This document shows, in pieces, positions 1 to 10,299 of a stretch of 64,000 bases of DNA. Source of the stretch: Mustelus asterias (lineage: Eukaryota); the NCBI RefSeq assembly GCF_964213995.1, contig NC_135814.1, positions 20,398,001 to 20,462,000 on the forward strand, given 5' to 3'. A program made the position numbers and the translations under genes. A model generated the notes under the pieces. It ran no database searches, was not told where the DNA came from, and saw only the letters and a list, made by a program, of their open reading frames with translations. Position 1 is the stretch's first letter. Every line of letters begins with the position of its first letter.

Positions 1-339
1 GACAAGACTGTCTCAGCAGCTAGTCAGAGATGTATTCCATCACCGCACCTTCAGGCACTGAATGGAATGGCATTAATTCATTTCCCTCCTCAGATTTAAA
101 CAGGCTGAGATTTAACTTTTAAATTGTGGCTTTTTGACAGATATACTTAGAAATACTCACTCGTAATTCCATTTAACAGCTATGTGTTGAACATTTATTT
201 TGGGCTGCAACATATTTAAATTCCTGAGTCTGTCACGGACCAATAATTATAGGGTTGGTTTTAGGGATTGTCACTTTCAAAGTGCACTTCAAGGATATAT
301 TGTAAATTCAGCACGTCTTATAATTAATAAGACTTAATT

Positions 340-1318
340 ATTGTCGGTGAGATCGGGCTAGGCAAGAAACTGGGCACAAATCCGATTTTTCACCTCTCAG
401 CCATTCTTACCACCTCACCTTGCCAAGCGACGGCAGCACGAGGTCGTAAGATCGCGCCCACAGTCACAGTGAAAATGCAATTTTATGGCACTCAGAGCAG
501 AAAAAGTGCCAGAATGTGATTCTCACCAGCAGGGGGCAGAGTGTAACCTCAGCTTGCCGGGGAAGCCAGCTGCTGAGCTCCAGGGGCACCATTGCACAGG
601 CGCCCCAATCTCCCAGTGCACTGGGAGATCTCCTGCCAAACCCCCAGACCCCATGGACATCAGGACCCCAACCCAATCACCCCCCCCTCACCCAGCAGTG
701 CTCCCGCCTTACCCCAATGCTGATCAGCCTCCCAACAGAGTTTCCTCCCTCTCCACCCTGTGGAGCTCCCTGCTTGTCTCTCCCCGCCATGACTGCCGCT
801 TGGCACTGCTCCTGGCACAGTAATGGTTCCAGGTGGGCAGCGTCGGGGTGCCAAATGGGGCAGTGCCAGGGTTCAAAGTGGGCAGTGCCAGGGTGCCATG
901 CAGGTAGTGCCAGGATGCCAGGTAGCAATGCCAGTCTGGCACTGCCTCAGGGACATTTGTATTTTTGTTAAGCCTGGCCTTGCCCCTGACCATCCCGGAG
1001 CTTCTATGGCCTCCAATCCCCCCAGTGAGGCCATCGCATCTGCTCCGTGTTGATGGAACCATACGTGATTCTTGTCGGGGAGAACATCGGCCGGTGAGGT
1101 GGTACAGGTAAGTGAGTTGGATAATAGCTTCTGGGACTCATTAATGACATTCAAATGATGTCATTAATATTTAAATCATGGCACAAAGCCGATTTTGCCA
1201 GCAAAACTGTGCTGGTAAGTTCGGGGAAGGTGAAAAACCTAATTTTTTACCTCCAGCCCGATCGTACCACCTCGCCTCACCTGAAGTCATTTGGGATGAG
1301 GTCATAAGATCGCAGCCA
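340..1318. mobile_element. Two adjacent, degenerate Harbinger-like non-autonomous elements (MITE-like)
   Basis: Two similar right ends: GAGGTCGTAAGATCGCGCCC at ~439-458 and GAGGTCATAAGATCGCAGCC at ~1298-1317. Their reverse complement resembles the GGGCGCAATCTTAC TIR at 19511. Internal GGCAGTGCC repeats are shared with the elements at 2950 and 19511. Confidence 0.55.
526..539 (+). promoter_or_regulatory. CTCF-like core motif inside a repeat
   Basis: CCAGCAGGGGGCAG matches the vertebrate CTCF core CCASYAGRKGGCRS. Motif match only. Confidence 0.3.
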
Positions 1319-1319
1319 A

Positions 1320-1830
1320 AGTATTTATTTAACTCCTCTGCCGTTTCCTGGTTCGCCGTGATTACTGCCCCTGTCTCATTCTATCAGGGGCCTCCGTTAA
1401 CTTTGATCTCTCTCTTCCTTTTTATATATTTCGAGAAGTTGTTACTCTCTGTCTTTATATTAGTTGCTCATTGGCCCTCAGTTTATCTTCTCCCTCTTTA
1501 TTTTTCTTTGGTCCTCTTTTGTTGGTTTTTTAAAACTTTTCCAATCCTCTGGCTTGTCACTAACCTTTACCACTTGTATGTTTTTTCTTTCAGTTTAATA
1601 CTATCCTTAACTTCCTTGGTTAACCATGGTTGACTGATTCCCTTCCCAGAATCCTTCGTCCTCACTGGGATATGTCTTTGTTGTGAGTCATGAACTATTT
1701 TCATAAACGTCTGCTATTATTAATCAACCGTCTTTCTGGTAAGCTCTTTTCCCAATCCACTCCAGCCAACTCTGCCCTCGTTCCTTTGTAATTATTCTTA
1801 ATTAACTTTAGCACCGTTATTTCTGACCCA
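1320..1830 (-). mobile_element. CR1 LINE ORF2 fragment (endonuclease-RT linker), degenerate
   Basis: Minus-strand translation (NYKGTRAELAGVDWEKSL) resembles the RMRDELAKVDWESRL segment of the intact ORF2 at 31942-34947. Confidence 0.75.
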
Positions 1831-2034
1831 AGTTTCTGGATGCAGGTTGTGATAAGACTGTGATGGGGACTGAGGACAAATGGGTCTAAAAGGACCTGAA
1901 CTGAACATCTAGCTGCAATTTGATGGCACTGCTGAGAAACCCTCCCAACACTTGACCGATTATTGGGTAGAGGCACTCAGAATGATAGCTATCCAATTTA
2001 GTCTTATCCTTTTGTTTGAGTAATGTCCCTAGTA

Positions 2035-2110
2035 GGTAGGGACATGTTCGGCGCAACTTGTGGGCCAAAGGGCCTGTTTGTGCTGTAGCTTTTCTATGTT
2101 CTATGTTCTA
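2035..2110 (+). mobile_element. CR1 3' tail remnant
   Basis: GGGCCAAAGGGCCTGT stem-loop followed by (TTCTATG)n, like the CR1 tail at 31823-31850/35106-35130. Confidence 0.75.
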
Positions 2111-2114
2111 AGAT

Positions 2115-2420
2115 GGGTTGCATGGTGGCACAGTGGTTAGCACTGCTGCCTCACAGTGCCAGGGACCCGGGCTCAATTCCAGCCTTAAGTGACTGTCCAT
2201 GTGGAGTCTGCACATACTCCCCGTGCCTGCATGAGTTTCTTCCAGGTGCTTTGGTTCCCTCCCACAGTCCGAAAGACGTGCTGATTAGGTGCATTAGCCA
2301 CGCTAAATTCTCCCTCAGTGTACCCAAACAAGCGCCGGAGTGTGGCAATTAGGAGATTTTCACAGTAGCTTCATTGCAGTGTTAATGTAAACCTGCTTGT
2401 GATACTAATAAGTCAACTTT
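2115..2420 (+). mobile_element. tRNA-derived V-SINE, tail type B
   Basis: A box TGGCACAGTGGTTAG, B-box-like GGCTCAATTCC, conserved core, and 3' tail TTCATTGCAGTGTTAATGTAA..TTGTGATACTAATAA. Confidence 0.9.
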
Positions 2421-2949
2421 AACTTTTTAAAGATATACCTGGGCAAAAATACATATTGTCCAGTAAATCACATATTATGCCTCGGAGATGTAAGAATTCT
2501 GAGTTATTGAGTGAACTGAGCAGTAAATCTGAAAATGTCTTGGAAACAAATGATAGACCCTGGCAATGCTTTGGGCCAGAAGATAAGTAACTTTTTTGCA
2601 CTTTACAATGCATAAAAATACAAGAATTACAATTCATGGAAACAGCAGGACTGGTGAAGCTTTGCCTGCCAGTTAGCTAAGGGCGATTCACTGACCTGTT
2701 GCTCAGACTTCAGGATAATCCATACAGACTGGCTTGCAGCCAAGACAGAAATCTACACTGAGGCAAGAGTTGAATAAATTACAGCTGCCCTGCCTTGACC
2801 CACCAGCAAATCAATTCAATACTCAGCTCTCAAACTCATGCTGAGATACCAGGAAGCAAAAGTTATTGAAATGACCCTGTTAATAACAGATTTGCAAACA
2901 TATCTGTGTGGAGCATTGATCATCTCTGAATTTAATGAAAAGAGTTAAT

Positions 2950-3773
2950 GGGGGGATTCTCCCACCCCGCCTCATTAATTTTCTGGTGCAGTGGGGTGGG
3001 TGAATCTCGCGACCGGGCATTGCCAGGATTCATGCATGCATTCCCGCCGCGTGCGCATCTGCCAGCCCCGGATTTCTGGCGCCATCAGATCTGCGCTGGA
3101 AACGGGCAGGAAGACAACTAAGTAATTTTGATCTTTATTTACATCTAATTTTAATTAGATGTAATTAGCAGGCCCAGGACTGAATTAATCATAGAATCCT
3201 TACAGTGCAGAAAGAGGCCATTCGGCCCATCGAGTCTGCACCGACCACAATTCTACCCAGGCCCTACTCCCATATCCCTACACATTTATCCGCTAATCCC
3301 TCTAACCTACGCATCTCAGGACACTAAGGGGCAATTTTTTAGTATGGCCAACCAACCTAACCCGCACATCTTTGGACATCTCCGAGCCCACTAGCCTCTC
3401 CCACCCAGCCAGAATATTTCACTCTCGCAGAGTTTAGTTTTGACTACATCTCGCGGACTGACCCCGCTGGAGTGGAGGGGAGGCAATCGGGACCCCTCAG
3501 GGGGTCGGGCGGTGGGGGGGGGGGGGGGGGGGGGGGTGGTGCTCCCTGGGCATGGGCACCCTGGCAGTGCCAACATGCGCCCCTGGCACTGCCAAGGGGC
3601 AAAGTGCCCATGCCCAGGAGGTACCTTGGCACTGTAGTGCCAGGGAATTCACACCAGTAAGGGGGGGGGGGTGTCTAAACCCACCTGAGTGACGCGCTGA
3701 GCGGGCCACTGCACATGCATTTCCCGGCCACTCCGCTACTCAAGCAACTCAGCGGGCCAGGAAAATCATGCCC
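2950..3773. mobile_element. Harbinger-like MITE interrupted by an HE1 SINE 3' half (3188-3378, minus)
   Basis: Imperfect TIRs GGGGGGATTCTCC ... GGAAAATCATGCCC, internal GGCAGTGCC motifs and a poly-G tract. The embedded piece ATCATAGAATCCTTACAGTGCAGAAAGAGGCC is the reverse-complemented HE1 tail. Confidence 0.6.
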
Positions 3774-3789
3774 ATCTCTGCATCTTGAA

Positions 3790-4200
3790 GAACTTCACCT
3801 TAGAGTTGTTGAGCTGGAGTCCAAGGAATCAGAAAGGGAGAGAGTCATTTGACACTTTGATCCAGGAGGCTATCACACTACTTAATTTAGAAATTGCTAC
3901 AGGTCTGGTTAAGGGTCACAGGCAAGAGGGTGTGTCTGCGAGTCAGGTAGATAAGGAGGTGCAATGCAGTGCTGAAGGAGCCTTGCTTATGCCCTTATCC
4001 AATGGGAAAGAGGCTCTTCCTGCCTGTATGGATGAGGTCAAAATCTATGGGGTGAATGAGTAAACATCATGGCATCCTGGAACACCAAGTCATTCAAGAG
4101 GGGGCAGTAAGAATGAATATGATAGTGATAGGGGACATCATAGTCAGGAGAATAGATACTGTTCTCTGCAGCCATGACCAGAGTTCTGAAGGTTGTATTG
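3790..4200 (+). mobile_element. CR1 ORF1 relic (SGNH esterase N-terminal part)
   Basis: Translation IVIGDIIVRRIDTVLC resembles the VIGDSIVRGID GDS motif of CR1 ORF1 esterases. The reading frame is broken. Confidence 0.65.
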
Positions 4201-4429
4201 CATTTCATCAGAATCATTGGACTAGAAATATGCTGATCTGGAAAATTCTCCTGAACGGTGATCAGGAACTCTTCTCTCTCTCTTTTTCTTTACACTATTA
4301 ATACCCCAGCCTATATTTGGATATTTAAACTGAGAGCTCCTATGTATGCTTAGCCCTGTTTGCTTCAGTCTATGCAAAGACTTCATTTTAAGATATTTCT
4401 GCCTATGCAATTACGTTTAGATGCTCAAC

Positions 4430-4822
4430 TGTAGGGGTTAACTAACACTGCTAACTTGGCTACATTTTAAAACTCAGAAAGCATGCTGGGTTAGCTAAAG
4501 ATTGACTGCATTCCTGAAGAGTACATGATTCAGGCAAACAACAGCAGCTGCAAGGCTTGATTTTTAGACAGAGACAACCTGCGAAGGACACTTACAATAG
4601 CAAGATAAGGGTTGAGATATACTTTGGAACTGTGTGGAACATGACCCTGTTCAGTCCAGTACAGCACAGGGTCTGGCTTGCTTAGAAGCCGATCTCCAAA
4701 GTTTGCTTCATCTTTTCACTTCTGTCATGTTTCTTAAGTTCTGTTCAATAAAATAAATTTATTTTAAAACCCCGTACAAGTGCTCTCCCCTCATCTGTTC
4801 AAAGGAATTCATGGATCCAACA
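4430..4822 (+). mobile_element. Putative solo LTR
   Basis: TGTAGGGG ... GGATCCAACA termini and AATAAA at ~4747. No TSD found. Confidence 0.35.
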
Positions 4823-5036
4823 AAAGCCACCTTAATACGACACTTTAATTTTCATATCTCTGCCTTCTACTTGCAGATTCATTCCTCTGTGTATCCAGGA
4901 GATCACTGTGTCTCATCCATATTTCAATATTACTCGGACCTGAAGCTTTGTTGTTTTCTACCTGGTTGACAGCAGATCTCACTAAGTCAAACATGGTCTA
5001 GCTATTCTCAGTCTAGCTCAATTCTGATGTATATTG

Positions 5037-5172
5037 AGATGTGGAGATGCCGGCGTTGGACTGAGATGGGCACAGTAAGAATTTTGCAGTATCGGTGGTC
5101 GCCATGATGTGGAGATGCCGGCAACCTGTGTAAACCTGTTGAGCTTTAACCTGGTATTGTGAGACTTCTTAC
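5037..5172. mobile_element. Rearranged mini Penelope-like insertion (pseudo-LTR fragments)
   Basis: Flanked by an 11-bp TSD GATGTATATTG (5026-5036, 5173-5183). Contains two inverted GATGTGGAGATGCCGGC segments plus the direct TAAACCTGTT..TGAGACTTCTTAC end seen at 7376-7408. Confidence 0.85.
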
Positions 5173-5224
5173 GATGTATATTGTGGGAGCTCCTCTAGCA
5201 TGTTTATGGAATTCTGATTGAATA

Positions 5225-5338
5225 GTTCTACAATTCCATCATCTGTTGTGGTGGGATTCGGACCCGGGTCCCCAAAACATTAGTTCAGTTTCTGGATTAA
5301 TAGTCTGCTGACAATAACACTAGGCCGTTGCCTCCCCT
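5225..5338 (-). mobile_element. tRNA-derived SINE head (second family)
   Basis: The reverse complement reads GGGGAGGCAACGGCCTAGTG (A box) ... GGGTCCGAATCCCACC (B box). Confidence 0.7.
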
Positions 5339-5349
5339 AAAGGTGCGAT

Positions 5350-5720
5350 CAGAGTGCCTGAATCAAGGCTGCCCAAACAGATGCTCTACTTAGAGCTATG
5401 CCAAGGAACCATTCACACGAGGGCCAAAGGAAACACTTTAGAGATAATCTCAAAGCCTCCTTGAAGGTCTGTTCTATTGACATCAACACATGACAAGCAG
5501 AAATCCAAGCGCAACCAAAATGATGATTCATCATCAAAATGGTGTCAAGACCTTCAATCAACAAGAGTAGTCTTTGAGAGACAACAACAAGAGAGATGGA
5601 AAGATGGGGCAGTTCTTCAGACCAACAATCCACCATCACGTATCTCACCCAACAATGAATAACCTGTGCAAGAATCTGCAAGACTAAGCCAGGGCTTAAA
5701 CACATCTTATTTAAACCCAT
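5350..5720 (+). mobile_element. RTE-clade LINE 3' fragment
   Basis: Broken translation RVPESRLPKQMLYLELCQG..GQRKHFRDNLKASLKVC and a terminal TCARICKTKPGLKH Zn-finger-like motif, typical of RTE/BovB-like ORF C-termini. Confidence 0.75.
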
Positions 5721-6069
5721 CCGTCCTCAAGGAAGAATCAATTTTGACATGAGATTGAAGATATGTACAGAGTTCGACTCAATCTTTCTCACTAGTTAGT
5801 GATATGATGGAACTTTGCAATGAGTTTGAAATTGTCCAATCAAAATTTAGAGTATTGGAGCATTGAACTTAAAGAAAGCCAATTACTAAGGTATGAGGGG
5901 CAAGGCAGCTAAGGTAGATCAGATTTAAAGATATGATGGAAAATGAACAATGGCCAACATTTAAAGACATATTTCAAAATTTTCAACAAATCTACCTTCC
6001 GTTGGGAAATACAATCTCCATGGGCAAGAAGAACAATACTGAGCTCAGTAAAGAAGTCAGAGATAGTGT

Positions 6070-6205
6070 CAGGAATTCTCCAGCCGTTCACACCGGCAGG
6101 GTTCTCTGGTTCAGTTGGCAGCGTACCCCCTGCTGCATATTTCCCAGAAGCATGGGATGGCTTCAGTGGGAATTCCCATTGAGAGTGATGGGACCAGAGG
6201 TTCCC
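6070..6205. mobile_element. Short palindromic MITE (partial)
   Basis: Similar to 23917-24106 and 28407-28598. Central TGGGAATTCCCA palindrome. Confidence 0.7.
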
Positions 6206-6209
6206 ACTA

Positions 6210-6487
6210 TACTCTCTTCCACATTCTTCTGTCGGGAAAAATATACAAAAGTCTGAGGACATGTACCAACCAACTCAAGAGTAGCTTCTTCCCTGCTGCC
6301 ATCAGACTTTTGAATGGGCCTACCTCATATTAGGTTTATCTTTCTCTACACCCTCGCTTTGACTGTAACATTACATTCTGTACATTCTCCTTTCCTTCTC
6401 TATGAATGGTATGCTTTGTCTGTATAGCATGCAAGAAACAATACTTTTCACTATAGATGTGACAATAATAAATCAAACCAAATCAAA
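6210..6487 (+). mobile_element. Rex1/Babar LINE 3' end
   Basis: Translation QLKSSFFPAAIRLLNG and 3' UTR ending TGTGACAATAATAAATCAAACCAAATCAAA. Colinear with the reverse complement of 12975-13108 plus 15496-15640. Confidence 0.9.
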
Positions 6488-6544
6488 AGCCTATCCCTGT
6501 CCTTCTATTCTGTCCCGATCCACCCCCGTGTCCAACTACCCCTC

Positions 6545-6645
6545 TTCAGTTCTGTAGAAATATGGACTTGAAACGTTAACCCTGTTTTCTCTTTCCACAG
6601 ATGCTGTCAGACCTGCTGCGTTTATCCAGCATTTTCTGTTTTTCA
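6545..6645 (+). mobile_element. Degenerate copy of the second hammerhead-bearing repeat family
   Basis: GAAACGTTAAC...CCACAGATGCTGTCAGACCTGCTG...TCCAGCATTTTCTG, the same family as 9927-10060. The ribozyme core has decayed. Confidence 0.7.
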
Positions 6646-6890
6646 TTTCTACATGTGCACTGTGGCTTGTCACATCTTTGCAAAAATAAATCACACAGTG
6701 CCTCGCATGTAATGGCTCTCTTTAAACACATTCATCGGTGGTATGTAGGCAAACATGCCAGTCATTCTGAGAACAACAAAGTTCCTCAAACAGAAATTTG
6801 GCATGTTGTCAGTTAATCTGTTTTGTGGTGGTAACAATGAGATAGCAATATTGCCGGGGTAGCAGAATAACTCTCTGCTCTTCTTCGGAA

Positions 6891-7410
6891 TGATGTGGAG
6901 ATGCCGGCGTTGGACTGGGGTGAACACAGTAAGAAGTCTCACAACACCACGGGCATTCAGCCTTGGATCTTCAGGTAAGCGTTCTCCAAGGCGGCCTTCA
7001 CGACACACGACAGCGCAGAGTCGCTGAGCAGAAACTGATAGCCAAGTTCCGCACACATGAGGACGGCCTAAACCGGGATGTTGGATTTAGGTCACATTAT
7101 CAGTGACCCCCACAGCTTTCCCCATGATCTTGCAGAATCTTACTAGCTGTTCTGTCTGGAGACAATACACATCTCTTTAACCTGTGTTTAATGTTCCCTC
7201 CACCCACATTGTCTGTACCTTTAAGACCTGGCTGGCTTTAGGATTCGCATTCTAATCAGTATTCTGCAACTTGATTTTGTGTCGCTGTGCACTGTTTGAG
7301 AGCACATTTCCACTCCATCTGACGAAGGAGCAGCGCTCCGAAAGCTTATGGTATTTGCTACCAAATAAACCTGTTGGACTTTAACCTGGTGTTGTGAGAC
7401 TTCTTACTAC
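6891..7410 (+). mobile_element. 5'-truncated Penelope-like element: inverted pseudo-LTR, GIY-YIG endonuclease C-terminus and 3' pseudo-LTR
   Basis: 11-bp TSD CTTCTTCGGAA (6880-6890, 7411-7421). The 5' segment (6891-6948) overlaps in reverse complement with the 3' end. 6948-7106 encodes HGHSALDLQVSVLQGGLHDTRQRRVAEQKLIAKFRTHEDGLNRDVGFRSHYQ*. It is inserted into a minus-strand DeuSINE. Confidence 0.92.
7315..7351 (+). ncRNA. Minimal type I hammerhead ribozyme in the Penelope pseudo-LTR
   Basis: CCAU|CUGACGA|A|GGAGC-agc-GCUCC|GAAA|G-CUU^AUGG. Both core boxes are intact, stem II is 5 bp, helix I is CCAU/AUGG and stem III is the palindrome AAGCUU. Confidence 0.8.
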
Positions 7411-7579
7411 CTTCTTCGGAAAGTCATGGGATCTTTGACATCCATTTGAATAACAAAGGTTTAGACTGTTGGAAAAGGCAACCAGACATCACCATGACAT
7501 CTAGTTTAAACATTACGTTCCCCTTCACAAGTTTTGACTTCCCTTGCTCCACAACCAATTGGCTGTGTCGGCGCAGAAC

Positions 7580-7817
7580 CATGAAATGAAAGTCGTTAAA
7601 GACCCAGAGGACCAAAGGCTGCTCTCCCACTTTTTGAGGGAGGGATCTGACTGGTGGTGATTTAACCTGAGGGTCACCACACCTCAGAAGATGGGGCAAG
7701 GTTGAGACCATGGGGCCTTCATGGATAATCTCAGTTGGTACGGGAATTGAATCTGCGCTGTTAGCATCGCTCTGCATCACGAACCAGCCGTCCAACCAAC
7801 TGAGCTTCCTGACCCCC
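7580..7817 (-). mobile_element. tRNA-derived SINE (third family)
   Basis: The reverse complement begins GGGGTCAGGAAGCTCAGTTGGTTGGACGGCTGG (A box) ... GATTCAATTCCCG (B box) and ends GAGAGCAGCCTTTGGTCCTCTGGG..ACTTTCATTTCA. Confidence 0.7.
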
Positions 7818-7825
7818 TCATACAG

Positions 7826-7991
7826 TGGAGATGCCGGCGTTGGACAGGGGTAAACACAGTAAGAAGTTTAACAACACCAGGTTAAAGTCCAACAGGTTTA
7901 TTTGGTAGCAAAAGCCTTCTACTGTGTGGCTTTTGCTACCAAATAAACCTGTTGGACTTTAACCTGGTGTTGTTAAACTTCTTACTGTGTT
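7826..7991. mobile_element. Foldback mini Penelope insertion (perfect 64-bp inverted repeat)
   Basis: 12-bp TSD CCCCTCATACAG (7814-7825, 7992-8003). Arms 7853-7916 and 7928-7991 are perfectly complementary around an 11-nt loop. Confidence 0.93.
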
Positions 7992-9229
7992 CCCCTCATA
8001 CAGACCAGGAGGCATCTAAGTTGCTCTCTGCTCTTTGCACAGAGCATCTGTACCAAGACATCAGCTGAATGCCGAGCCGACTCAACTACTATGTGGAGTA
8101 GGAGGTTCTCTATGGTCAGGTGAGGTGGGGGATGGGGAGGAGAGGGTGGGGGACGCGCTGTGGCGAAACGCTGACAGAATTGAAAGCCAGCTGGAAGCCT
8201 CCAAAGCTGCCGGAAGGTTGGAATCAGCAGTTCCCACTCTGTCAGTTCCTGACAGTCACTGAGAGGGGGGAATGACTTGCAGAGTTGCGAGTCCAATCCC
8301 AGATTCTGTCCCTTTGGGTTTGTTGCGTTGCATCTGCATTGGGAGGAGTCGCATGCTCAGTCACAGCTTCACATGAACACGCTGCACTGGAACCGATTGG
8401 AAATGTTGAGCGAATGCAGGGAGGAGGCAGGTTTGCAGTGACACATTCACAGTTTGGAGGAGACTGGAACTGAGCCAGAGGGAGGGAAGGAACTTTCCGA
8501 GGGAGAATACGCGACCCTGGGGGAAGAGTCAATGAATAAACAATGCCCATTTTCTTAGGCAGCAATATCAATTTAGCTACGCTGCCTGTTTGCGAGCTGT
8601 TTATCCTGGTTATAATTACATTACATCTTCCAACTGCTATAAATTAAAATCTGTTGTCTTTTGTTTGAATTTTCATATTGAATTCAACTTTACCTTGCGC
8701 TGAAACTCATTGTACCAATTTTTAAAATATGCAGAGTAGGAGCGTGAGCTTTGTACCTGCCAAAGGCATGTCAAATACATGAGCGCAGCAGTGGAAAAAT
8801 AAATCCCTTTCTGATTGCTTACTTTGCACAGTAGAAACTTCACTACATGCCTACGAGCTATGCTGGATGTCACCAGCAACGCAGCACCATTTTCTAACAT
8901 CTGACAGCTGTGCATCTCCACAAGATCCCAAACTTTCTCCTAACAACTGACTCAGTCAGCTATAAAGATGGTGCCAGCTGCCAAGTTCCACTCAGTCCAA
9001 GCAGACACTTAACCAATTCAATATCATCTCAGATACAACGTCACTTGGATTTCAAAAGTGAATTCCTATTTCTGTAAGTGTTTGAGAAATGAACCATGCT
9101 AGCGATTCCCCAAACACACGTATATATAACGCTGAAAATGTAACCGCTTTAAATAAACTTCACTTTATGGTAGGGCAGTAAAGTCCTGGCTTTGGCATTA
9201 TGGGGACATTATTGCAGTGGACCATCATT

Positions 9230-9525
9230 AGGGCAGCACGGTGGCACTGCTGCCTCACAGCACCAGGAATCCGCGTTCAATTCCCAGCTCAGGTCTCTGT
9301 CTGTGCAGAGTCTCCATGTTCTCTCTGTGTCTGCGTGGGTTTCCTCCGGGTGCTCCAGCTTCCTCCCACAGTCCGAAGTACGTGCTGATTAGGTGCATTG
9401 GCCATGCTAAATTCTCCCTCAGTGTACCCGAATAGGTGCTGGAATGTGGCAACTAGGGGATCTTCAGTTTAACTTCATTGCAGTGTTAATGTAAGCCTAC
9501 TTGTGACATTAATAAATAAACTTTA
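9230..9525 (+). mobile_element. V-SINE, tail type B
   Basis: GGGCAGCACGGTGGC head, shared core and TGTGACATTAATAAATAAAC tail. Confidence 0.9.
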
Positions 9526-9714
9526 AAAACATTATTCCCAGGAGGAAATATATTCCCGTTTTATCAAACTGGATTATAGTTGTTACAAAGACTGAAATTG
9601 GGCAGAAATTGGCGCAATAGCTCTGTGTTGTGGTTCGTGTCTGGATAATGTCAGCATCGAGGGGAAGGCCACTTGCATTGCAGTCTCTCCCTACACCCAC
9701 TGGAATTAATGGAG

Positions 9715-9850
9715 ACACAGGAAGAAATAGAGAGAACACAGAAAGACAGCTACAGTCAAGGAGAGAGACAGGTAAACAGTGAGACAGAAGGAGAGAGACA
9801 GAAAGAGAAAGAGAGAGAGTGAGAGAGACGGCGGGAAGGTGAGATATAGG
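9715..9850 (+). repeat. GA-rich low-complexity tract
   Basis: Imperfect (GA)n/(GACA)n. Confidence 0.7.
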
Positions 9851-9926
9851 ACAACACCACAAAGGCAGGACATGAAAACTTCATATAAATCAAGGGTTTC
9901 TGCAAACACAGTTGGATTCCTTCATT

Positions 9927-10060
9927 GATGAAGAGTCATCCAGACTCGAAACGTTAGCTCTCTCCTCTCTCCACAGATGCCGTCGGACCTGCTGAGATTT
10001 TCCAGCATTTTCTGCTTTTGTTTCCCATTCCAGCATCCGCTGTCATTTGCGTTTATAAGA
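9927..10060 (+). mobile_element. Short hammerhead-bearing retroelement end (second, probably Penelope-like family), truncated inside the ribozyme core
   Basis: 14-bp TSD TGGATTCCTTCATT (9913-9926, 10061-10074). Starts (T)GATGA-A-GAGTC-atcca-GACTC-GAAA-CGTT. Confidence 0.85.
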
Positions 10061-10299
10061 TGGATTCCTTCATTACCGCTTTCCTAGGGAGAGAATATTA
10101 GTGCTTAAAAACATTAGGATTGTGCTTGAAAATATGCCAAAGCCAGGAAACAATGGCAAAGGAAGGTTACTTTGTCTGGATTTGAATTTTCCTGTCTGCC
10201 CTCTCACACATATTAGCAAACCATCTGCCCCAGTCACACCAATAAAATTAATTCAAATTTCATTGTAAATAATGACATTCACAATGCGTTAACTTCAAA

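Noticed and set aside
2113-2352. Recurrent small ORFs (MVAQWLALLPHSARDPGSIP / MVSTAASQ) as a gene family
   Set aside because: These are translations of the SINE consensus.
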